A program made the position numbers and the translations under genes. Below the pieces are notes generated by a model. It searched no databases. It had not been told where the DNA came from and saw nothing but the letters and a program-made list of their open reading frames with translations. A stretch of DNA of 63,897 nt, counting the filler, from Lenisia limosa (taxonomy: Eukaryota > Protista > Breviatea), in assembly GCA_001655205.1 (NCBI GenBank). It is 9 parts of 9 records of this genome, joined end to end, with 100 filler letters (N's around TTAATTAATTAA, not from the genome) between each part and the next. Parts side by side here need not be neighbours in the genome. Positions count along the whole stretch, not along the records: positions 1 to 28,395 come from LPNZ01011166.1; 8 more parts are not named here. The stretch is one strand, 5' to 3'. Each line of letters starts with the position of its first letter. The first letter of the stretch is position 1. This document shows positions 12,974-24,900 of the stretch, piece after piece.

Positions 12974-15900
12974 ATGGAGTCTTCACTTGGCACTAAGGTA
13001 GTTTGTCACCCTGGTGGGAAGCAAAGAGTTAGTGCAGATGAGCATGGACACTTAGTTGTTGAGACATCTATACAGTCTACTATTTTCCTTCAGGTACGGT
13101 TCTTTAATTCAAATTTAGTACTAATATGAAATTTTAGCCAAGGGAAGATGGCGGCATTCCTTCTTTTGACTTTGCTGTTGGAACTGAGGGTCGCATTTGT
13201 CTTTACAGCGATACCGAGGTGATTTTCTTCTCCAATGATGGAGAAAACATTGACAATATGGCTTCTTTCGGTTTGTTTAGAGGTTGTTGTCAGCACCGCA
13301 CTAACGCACAGCATACCATATTCCTGTAACTAAAGATAAATATTTGAAAATAAAGTGATGCCGAGGCTAATGTTTTAGAAAACGGTGTGGACGCCGTTTG
13401 TTACAGTCCAGAAGGAAAGGTGCTGATCGTTGGAGACAAGTGGGCCAGACCTGGGTTTTCAATGGGGAAAAGCTGTAACTGGCAGAGCAAGCATTGAAAT
13501 AAGTTGATTTTATAGGGAACATCTTGGGCATGTTTTAATTTGTGTTTGACCGTTTTATTCGTTACAACCGTCATGTTGATATCCGTCTGTAAATATTCCT
13601 GTGGCCTCGCAATGCCATAGGCCCGAATTTATATAAGTATTATAACACGATTATTTCACCCATCTTGTTACTTAACTGTGCTGTATTCGTCCCCAACCTT
13701 TTTTTTAATTTTGTTCATAAAAATACCACTTTTATCCCTTTTTATATTTTGACACTGCCACCCCTTTTTAGATGAGCCGAGAAATCTTCAGTTCACCATT
13801 AATCAGACCGTTTTACCCCTTAGCAAATTCCTGATTTTGGTAGTTTCATATCGAATTGCAAACCAATTTTTAATGGGTCTGATTATTGATTCAGCTTTTT
13901 AATATCCTTTGAGTTGAACCATTAACCATTTTAGTCATGGAGTCTTGCACTTCCAGCACTGCGCAACAGGCAAGATTCTGTACTCTTTTCCGGTCATCAA
14001 CGTGGCGGTTGGGAGGGGGCGGTGCTGTCGCCTGTATAACAGTTCTGACCATGTTTAGGAGGAAGATGCAGGATCAAGAGTATTTGTGTCCCTCACTTTC
14101 ATCACCCCTCAAATGTAAGAGGGAAATAAAGCGTCTTCTGTGCGGCGACAGCCATATCCCCTCCTCCCTAAACTCTGCGATGCATTATTTACAAAATTTC
14201 GTGTTCTTAGATGGTGATTTTTGCTTTTTTCTGATTTGTGATCTGCTCTGTTTCCCATATGCTCAAACGTCCTTCATTTCTCCAGACTCTGTGCCGTTGG
14301 AGCGGGCGGTGCAGTCCATACATTTAGCGGTGCAGCCATCGATGACGTTGCCTCGGCTGTTGAGAACAATGACTTAGCCAGGGCTAAGGAGGTGAGGCTT
14401 TGTGCTATGGAGGTGACAAACCATCATGTCATTGTCTGGTTTTTTTTTTTTTTTTTTTTTNNNNNNNNNNNNNNNNNNNNNNNNNNNNNNNNNNNNNNNN
14501 NNNNNNNNNNNNNNNNNNNNNNNNNNNNNNNNNNNAAGCTATTACATTCTTCTTTTCATTTTGACCGAAGCATCCTATGTTTTCATGAACCAGATAAAAA
14601 AAGCCCTTCGTGTCACTGAGTCGACAACGTACCCCGTGCATTCGGAGGCAATTTATGGGGGCCGGCAGTGCAATGGTGACTTGGCCATTGCTGGACAAGG
14701 TATGATGAAGGTTTCAGATTATCATCACAGGATGTACTACTATACCATACTTCCATAGCTTTGGACAGGAAAATGATTAGCAATTCACAAAGAAACCGAT
14801 TTTATTTTAATTCTGAATTTTTTTTTTATTATTATTATTATTTTCTGTTTTTTAAGTCGTAGTCAGTTTAAGTCATTCTCATCTTGGTTTAGGCCACAAT
14901 GCCCTCTCAATCTGGTCCATGCGAGCCTCAAAAAAAGGTTAGCAAAGGGGAATATCAACACATGGGATGATGTTCCAGATTCATGAGTGAAAGAGAAAAT
15001 GCCTCTTTCGAGCTATGTCTCACCCTTTAGATGCAAATGCGTCGAAAATTGTGTTCAGGTTGGTTATGAACCTCGGAATATGCTTGTGCTATTTCAACTA
15101 TAATAACAATACTATACACTACAATAATTCTTTCCTTACAATCCTCAGTAACTCTCTTGGTGATCCCATGGTAACAAGTGGCGCTTTGAAAGGTCAGTTC
15201 CGCTTAATTTAGTTTAATAAACAAAAATAATCCTGTGTACAGTATCATGACCTCTGTTGTTTCACTGGCATAACATAAATAAGTTAGATATAAATATTGT
15301 TTACTACTGATATGAGCCCTTTGGTTGTTCACCCCAGTAGCAATTCCAGCCGCAGAAGGCAGTTTGATAGTGATGCTTACAACCGACAATTTACTCTGCA
15401 TCGTCGACACCTTACTGTAGGAAAATTGCTTTCAAAACACAACAACATATCATCTTCAATTTTGATCTGTCACAAAATGCTCATCCCATGTGTTAATATT
15501 CCCTTTTGGATTATAACGATCAATAATGGAAAAAAAGCTGTTCTCACTTCTCAGAATGGTAGTGATCCACGAGCTCATAGGGTGGACCATCATTGACTTT
15601 GACATCTTCGAATCAACCGACGGTAAGCCAAACCCCATTAGGCATCACTAACACTATTCCATTCACTATCGAGCAACCGAGACGACCTCAACAATTCTGA
15701 TAATCACAGGCACTAGACTTGCCGTATTAGGAAGGGACGAGTCTGAGGAAAACCGCCTTCTGGTCATGCATCTCAAGGACTTCAAGGTTGGCGGGTCCCT
15801 CAAAGAGTATTCTTTTTCTATCATAATCGTGCAGTCCATACATATTTGGAGGGGAAATATGGGTAGCGGAGTTTACCTTCTTAGTTGTTCACAATTTGTT

Positions 15901-18900
15901 AAGAGCCTCATCACCTAGGTTCTTGTGGACATTCCAGTCTTTGGTGACACACATTTAACTGCATGCAATGTGAGCTGGTTGTATTAGCACAGTACAGACA
16001 TTGTTTATTGATATAGTTTTTCTATTATAATGGACATATAATATGAGATGCATTAACAAATATGCCAATACTTACGAATGCTTTTTACCTGGACATTAGG
16101 AAATACTTTTCTTGATTGAGCGTGGGGAAGACAACGATGACGTTACAACCAGGTAGGGCTAAAATCGAATGATTATCCACGAAGTGCGTGTATTTTCTCT
16201 TTTTTGTGTGCGTTGCCTATCATGCAACAATTGCCATGCTTATCCTAACACACTCAAGCGGTATTCCCGTGACACTTACAAAGGTCAAGGAAGGGGGAAT
16301 CATGACACGCTTCAAAGGTATGACACTGATACCTACATCTACAGTGACCAGGATAAGTTGACCGATTTGCTATGTAATTTCCCAAGGAAAATCGGTCAAA
16401 ACTTATCCCAGTCATTGTATGTACAGTATGTAGATGATAAAATTTTTTTTTTTCAAAAACCTGAGTAACAGTTCAACCAAGACATAGAATAACATTACAC
16501 TCTGCATTGTTTCTCTTAATGTTACTTCAAACATCGTATTATTAGTATGATGATTATGACAGCTTCAGCTAGATAGTCATTTTCATTACCAATACTATTT
16601 CCCCAAGTCTGTTCTAACCTGTTAGGCCTTATTGCTGAAGGGGAGTTTGCTGCTGCCGCTGCACACGCTCATGCACACGGCATCCCCCAGGTATAACGGA
16701 GCAAGGGTAAACTTATCAAAAGAAATCAATCGTTGGATTACAAAGTACAGTTGAAAATAGCTTATGCTCCGAACCGTTTTGGACCAATCTTGGTTAATCA
16801 CCTTTGATTTATTTTTAATAAAAAAAAGTGTGTGCTTTAAACTGCTCTTTGAAGAGGTTTATTTTGATGAAGGATTGTTCACATCCCCAGGAAGACCTTT
16901 TGATTGCCAAGGCCTCCTACTACCTTGATCTTCTGGTTGAGGATCCCAGTCAAGAATCGTGTATGTTGCTTAGAGTTATATTTTTACAATGCTATTATCT
17001 CAGTATTATAGGCTTAATTTTATTTGTAAACGTTGTCGAATTATTTCTAATGGAAAAATTAGCGCAAAGGAACCAAAGACGACATTATGGCATTAAATAT
17101 TCTCTTCTCAAGCCCACTTTTCACGATTAGTGCAACAAGCTTTGTCAGCGCTGAGAGCCGTCCCAAATCCCTCGTGGGTGTCAAACGAATGCGCTGATTG
17201 TGTCCCCCCCTCTCATTCGTCCTTGGAGGCCTTATTACTGGTTTGTCTACTGTACCATTGGGGTGAACTGTTTTGTCTTCTTATTTTATTTTTATCAGAA
17301 TACTTCAGTATTGCTTGTGTTTCTTAACAGATTGTTTAACAAACCAGCTTTCATCTGAGGCTGCGGAAGCAAACGTTTCCACCATCCAAGCCAAGGAACC
17401 CATTAGGTTGTGGAGGAAAAGTGTTATTAATTTATCCAGTTAACTGAAAACTATGTAACAGTGGTAATGGTTGAAAAGCATAGTAAACTGTATTTCCAGG
17501 TATTGAATCACATTTATGTATTATATGTATCCTGTCTTAATGCTCCCCCCCCCCTCAGCATTGCATCTTCGGAGGCTCTTCATCAACAATGGGAACAGGA
17601 GCTTGAAGAGGTATGTATATAGGCATACATTTCTGAAAAGTGTGCTACTTTGACCATTTTTTTCAAATCAAAGGCAAAGTTCAATTGACCATTTTTGCTT
17701 ACCAATTAAGGCAAATCGCATGGGTTCCGAGGCGATGGCTCGGCTTAGACGTTTTGCGACGTATTCAATGTTCACTGATTGCAGCGGTGAGGGGGACGCC
17801 AAGAAAAGCGTCAACTTGTATCAAATATCAAGCAGAGCAGTGCTTTGCTACTGTCAACCTCTGTCACCCCTAAAAGTTCACTCCTCGCTTCTATTTCCCA
17901 TATTTCACATAGTTAGAAATTCCTCGGAAGTTCCTTGACTTCCTTTATTCCATCTATCAATATTATTCCAAATGTCAATATCATACATTATTTGATTGTA
18001 TGTAATATATTACATATTATGCATATTATACTATAGGAATCCCTCAAGACGTTCATACACTCAATCTCCATTAAGCCCTCATATCATCAGGGGATGCTAT
18101 TGACCCTAACCATTGGATTGACTTCCTCAATGCCCCTCTTACAAGGGTGTTCGCTGAACTAGTGGAGGTGGGATGGAGATATTAGATTGCTTTTCGTAAG
18201 AAAGTATAATTCGATTGCCTCAAAACGTACCATATTAGGCGTGTAACTTATCATATTAGGAAGGAGCCATTTCTTCAGCCCGTGTTGTTTGGAGCAGACA
18301 CGCTCGGGACGGCGGACTTGAGTCCGTTTTAACCTCCGTGCTTCCGGCCATGCAGGTCACCGATCAGCCAGGTGTGGATGGGACCATACTTTTACATTTG
18401 CCTAACCTGGAGAATAGTTGAACAGACTATGATGTTCATATTTTTCCTTGATTATCAAAAAAAGGGTTCAATTCCAATTTTAAGGGAAATCTCGATTGTC
18501 ATAATCCAAGGGGATGATTATTGATTACATACAAGCCGTATTCTAATCCCTCAGACTTGGTAATGAGCTGGCTTGGCGAAGATGTTCTACCAAGTATCTC
18601 AGCTGCCTGCCGTACCAGTTTGACCCCTTGGATTGCCACTGCTGGCAGGGAGTTGGAGGGGGCTCATTAAACTCTATTCAAAAACATGAGCTGCCTGTCC
18701 CCACTTATACCATGTCAGATTAGAAGCTCATGATGAAAAGCCACATAACGCAGCTGCTTTGGTCACCCTACTACCCCCAAGGTTGGTGGGATGCTTTGTT
18801 TTGTTGGAATAAATATCCCTATCAATATCAGAAAACTGACCTCTTTTAGGGGCCTTACGAACCTTCGGGACCATCTTCTTGTTGCTGCAGGGCTGTGCAC

Positions 18901-21900
18901 GGATGACGAACAGAACGTTGGTTTATCGGAGGTTGTGTACAAATATGTCGTTTTTTTTCTGTATTGTGCAATCTAATGACAGTGTAAATCCCTGGTGCTG
19001 AAGGGCTCACAAGCTGCGCTCATGTCCATCGCCACTCCTGCAGAATACGTTTCACGAGTGACTGGTGACGTCAATGTACTACCCCAGGTAAACCTAGTTA
19101 TTTGCATAAAACAATGGCACTTTTATTTATGTAATATTTTTATTTGAATGCTGTTTTAGTTGTTCATAAATATGGTTCCATTGTCATGTTAATCAGTCCG
19201 CTCCCAAAACCTCGATTAACACCTGTCTTTTCCAAACATGAAAGATGTCCAACTAATTTACCACAGAAGCAAGACGTTGTTCCGCGCACCCCTGCACGAA
19301 CCCCAGGCCAGGCACAGACCCCTGGAGGCCCACAAACTCTCCAAACTCCCCACACACCGCAAAATGGTATGAAGACCATTGAGGCACGCAGAAGCTGTGT
19401 GAACAGAGTTGTAGGTGTAGTATATGGGGAGGCACGCAGAAAGCTGTGTGAACAGAGTTGTAAGGCATATGATTGGGTGAATTAATATTATACTATTAAA
19501 TAATATCTCTTCTTTGCGTGATGGTGTGGACGGCTTCAGCCAGATACAACTCATTTTTTATTTCTCATTGCTATATATATATGTAGTATATATGATATTA
19601 TACTCTAATTCAGTTCTCTTATAAACGTGATGGTGTAGACGGCTTCGGTCAGATCAAATATTTTTTTTCACATTGCTATATACAGTGACCGGGATAAGTC
19701 TTGACCGATTTCCATGTGATTCGCCAAGAGTAACGCCCTTAACACTCTAGTTGTCACACCTCACACGCACTCCCCGCACACTCCCGTAACCCCGGTCACC
19801 CCGGTCACTCCGATCGTGTCATCCCCCGGAATCCACCAAGGAGTCCCTGAAGATCAAAACGAGATGGCTGTGGTTGGGGGAGGGGGGTACCCCGAGGAAA
19901 AACAGAGAACGTTGACCATCTCATTAAAATGGTCTTGACATTATCAAAACTAGATTCAACTTTCATTCACCAGATCGGTTTTCAAATTGATTGCTCTGAG
20001 TTTTTATGGCTTAATAGATCACTAACTCACACAAGGCCTTTGACGAAGATGCGGACGGAATTGCATTGACCCAGGCCCTGACTTCTTTGGTATTCCTCTG
20101 GGATAAGCTGAACCTTCACATGCGACTCCATGACTACCTTGAAACTAAGCCTCTTGGTGGGAGTGCTCAACATTACTATGTAGCTTATATGCTTCCTATT
20201 CAATCGCACTTACTTTAATTGTATCTTGATATTATAATTTTTACCTCCGTGAAACACAAAAACTAGCAACCTTCCCTGCTTACTCTGTAGACATTGTTAT
20301 AATGATTCTTGATCGCGCGAAGGCACCCGAAATAGTCCCCGTAATCATTGAAAAGGAGGTAGGACCAACACGTTTATTTGAGACATTGACATTTATTTGT
20401 TTTGGATGAGCTAAGTTCTCATAAATCTAACAACAGAGAAAATGACAAAAAACTTGTGCCATTTGCAGATATGATAAAAATTTACACACTTTGATAGCAG
20501 ACACACCCCATTAGTTTAAGCTAAGTTACAGGTAAAACCTTGGTGCGACCACATTGGGATCCAGCTGGACTTTGCCCTTCTGGAATACATTATTCGGCAC
20601 ATGGAGGACCGTTTGGGGCATGACGGTAGGGGTGGGATAATACTTGATATCATATGTATATCATACTACATATGTATTTCAGATCGCTAGTAAAGATATG
20701 CCAGAGACCTCTCTAAAATTATCACATGAACTCAGATTATTCTATCATATTAGTAGAATAATGTTACAGGCTTTTCCTTACCGTCTGCTGAACTCAAAAG
20801 CCTGGCGTGTATCCCTTCAATTAGCTCTGCAGACTCAAGGTAAGAAAACTCCAGGCAACTTAGTAGAACCCAACACCGTTGGCTTTTTTAGAAAACCTTT
20901 GAATTTCTGATCAAATAAAGCAAAAATGTATATTCCCTCAACACTAATTATTTCCTAATATGATATGGATTCTAAATGTTCTCAAAATATCTGTACCGAG
21001 GATTAATTGAGAAATTCAACGTTTTGTAACAATTATTCCTCTGCTTTATCCCCTTAGATGCGAAGCGATCTGTGAAATTGCGAAGCGATGCACTGTACCT
21101 GCTCAGAAGGCAACTCTGGACTATCTCAATGCTGCTAAAGAGCTGGATACCTCACATAAGCAGGATCTACTGTGAGCTGAGAGGGACACCTTATAAAAAC
21201 GGCAGTGTGTCACGCCCCTAGTTTTAGTTTATCAGTATTTCCATCCTTTTATTAAGTTCTCATTACCACCAGGGACACGGCACAGATTGTGGAGCTAAGA
21301 ACCATGCTCATTCGCTACGGCTTCCCGACGTTCAACGTCTGTTCCAAGCTCTACGCTAAAAGTATGGGGAGAACGTCCTGTTACTGATTACAAGGGGTAT
21401 GTGCCTCCAAATATAATACCTATTATATTGTTCCGATTGGACGATTTTGCTGTTGTTTCTACTGAACTCATTGAGCGCAGATCTCCTGGAAGCTGTGCTG
21501 AACACCACCACTGTTGATTCAAGGCTTCAGGATGCAATCAACGTACGGTTGTCTGACTTTTGTTTTTGATTCAAATATAATATTTCCTTTTTTGATTTTA
21601 TGATAGATGTGCTGCTTTTCTTTATTAACTACTAACTACTAACTCTGGAAGATCACAAAAGCCTATCCAACAGTTCTCCGACCTGAAGAAGCCTATACAC
21701 GATACTGCGAACTCGAAATATGGAACAACAGAATTGCTGACGGTGTGCCGATCTTTTTGCCATTCTTCGGGATGGTCTTGGGAGGGGGATAAGAGCTATT
21801 TGTATTGTTTGATTTTGATTCTGTGGTTACTGAACATCGCAAGTCAAGGTCGGGGCCAAATCACTATTCTGGAGTGAAATTAGATCATATGATAAGAGCT

Positions 21901-24900
21901 TACAGGAAATATTTTATGATGGGGGTATTTACACTTTAGCCTCGCTATGTGTACCAGATTGCCCTTTCAACCTCCGGGCGACAGTTGTTGCTGACGTTGT
22001 TGCTCATTTTGTTGAATGCGCAGCGATACCTTTCATTCCGGTGGAAATGAACACTGAAATTGTGGGATGGTGTAAAATGAATGGATTGCTGTTTTTTCTT
22101 TTCTCTACAGAGTAATCCCGATCCCAATCCTGAATGAATATTATCAAATTTTTCTATTATTGACTTAAAATGCTTGGTTTGTCTTAAAATCATTTTCGAT
22201 CCCGTTATACCCTTGCAGCTTATGAGTCTTCCCGAGGCACCGGTTCCCGACGGGAGTGTTGAGGAAGGATGGGATAAGGACACACTCAAAATGCGGCTCT
22301 TTTGCCTGAGAAACGCAGCCGACTTCTTTGAGGTTCGCAGGCCGCGTTTGTCTTGTGAAGTAAATTCGGATATAAAGTACACCAATGCATTTGTTTGCAT
22401 GATGTGAAAGAAATAAAGCAGGAGCTTGTCCTAATTGCTGAATCTCTAATTTGTTACCGCCTTTGTAGTCCTGCCAAACGTATCTCAAAAACGACGAAGA
22501 AGCACAGGAAGAAGCTGCCAGGATAGGACTGACCGTGAACTCTTCAAATGATCGTGAGTGTTGATATGTTTTGTATTTTCGATACATCTCATCTTCGAGT
22601 GTATCATACCCATAGTTTTTTTTTTTTTATGGAATGCGAGGTTGCATGTCATATCATATGCATATGTACAGTATGTATTTATGATATATAACTAAGAGGC
22701 CCTTACCATCCATAGCAGTCATTGGAGTCTGCGGGGAGTGTGTTGGCCGAAGCTTGCCGTCTGCCCAAAACATCCGGGCTTCCGAGGCACTCCACCAGGT
22801 CGGCGTCCTGAAATCCTACAATTTTCTACTTTTTTTCTTTATTTGCTATTTCTAGATGCTGTTTTAATTTCACACAAAAAAAAAGCACTGCTTTTGTGTT
22901 TACCGCCATCTCTCTTCCCCCCCAGGAATTTGACTTGCTTGTGTCGCCATGGTCGATTCTCTCAGCATCCGCGCGCAAGGCTATTGCCCTGATTTCTCTC
23001 AATCGCTTCATCGCCTCCAAAGTTTGAGGGGACGTCCAGCGCTAGTGTGGTCAGAGATATCGTGACAATGTTAACACTCATCGGGGACTCATCAAGAACC
23101 CCCCCCCCTTTTTTTTTTGGGGGGGGGGGGTCTTAGGGAAGTCTTAATGAACCCTATGGCAGCAGATCCAGTCTTCTGCTCACAGCACAGGACACAGCTT
23201 CGCCAACAATTGCCGGATTCGCCCAACTTTTCCGTCTTGCCGAGGTTCTAGATATTCCCAGAGACGAATTTCGCGGTGATTTAGCCCGTGCTCTCGCTGC
23301 TGCTAAGAACTCGGCCCAGGCTGTCAATATCTGCAGGGTGGGTGGAAAGAAGGCATCTTTGTCATACCCAAAATTGCCGTTAAATAGGGATATTCATTAT
23401 CACACCTTTTGAGCTTGAAGGAGTGTGTCATTTGTTCCTAACACATCTTCTGGATTATTGATAGCGCTAATAGTATCTCTGTTCTTTATTTGTTGACTTC
23501 TGCCACGAATACTCCTACTTTAACTTTGACAGGACCTGCACACCCGGCAACCCGGCCGCAAAACAGCGGAAGTTCTTCTGGACGTTGCTCTCAAAATCGG
23601 TAGGTGCTGTACATGATACGTACTGAATAGAATATTATCATAGCTATACATGTACGTATTTTTAATCTAGGAGTTATATTCAAAAATACATGCTCCCTTT
23701 TTGTATTTATTATTTAAAAAATCAGCATATTTTGGCATTCGAATGTTACTTTCCTTCATGTTTACGCATTCTTCTTTGCATTTATTAACATAACTGCCAA
23801 CTTGGATGAACGGTATATTGGACAGCTAATTGCCCAGGAAATGCGGTGGCGATGCCGGAACCTGGAACCTCTGCTGTTACTCTGGTATGAGAGGGAATTT
23901 GAGATATCATGTACAAAAGCTGGCTGAGATAGTATGTTGTTATTTATTATTAGCTTTAAAAAAGGGTGCAAATTGTAATGATTTTCCTCCCCGTCACGTA
24001 GTCCAGGCCCAAGCACCAAAAGGCGTGGCTGAGCTTCTCCAATACAGCTTAGACGTCTGCCCTGTCGACACCCTCCCCACTGCCTTGGACCTCTTCTCCG
24101 ATGTTGAAACTACGGCGGCGGTTCTGGCCCTGGCTATTTCAGAGGAATCTCAGATCAAGAAGGAAGACCTTCCCAACACTATGGGTATGTTACCTCTTCT
24201 TTATGATCCCAACACTATGGGTATGATCGAAGTGCTTTATGATCCCCTCTTCACCTTTTCTTACCCAAGTAGTCACTCCACCGTCTTCACCCAAACCCTT
24301 GTTTGGAGGTAAACAGGATGTTATGCCAAATATTAGAGGGGACATCTGTCAGTCGGAAAGAGATGGTTATGTTCCCATATCAAGACGACCGAACTCACAG
24401 AATTCCGTTAACCCAACTTGGGTTTTGACATTTCTAGCTTCGCCATTCCCACCACACATGACTGCACGGCTCACAGCCTCACCCGGGCTAGCGGCTTGGA
24501 ACAAAACCGGCCAGAACGCATGGGGCTCAGTTTGGGACGATACCGATATCCAAATGGGTGACAGTAAGGGGGGGATTCATGTGTAACACTAAAAACTGCT
24601 TTTGTCTGAAAGGGACTGATAAACAGCACGTGGTTCTGTTTAGAGGATTCATCAGAAATTAAATCTATTTTGGGAAACTTGGGAAGTCTTGAAAATAACC
24701 TGTCTTTGTTTTTTTTTTCTGTCTAGTATTCTTTGTCTTGTCTTTGCTTCCGTTGCTTCAATCCATTTTGCTGATCTACTGTTTAGATGAAGTGGAAGGT
24801 GAAGCAGACGTCATACCGGAAATACAAGAGAAGCCCATAACTACAGAATCCCCATATCGCTCCCACATGTTTATGTATGCTGCGCTCTCTGAACTGAATT

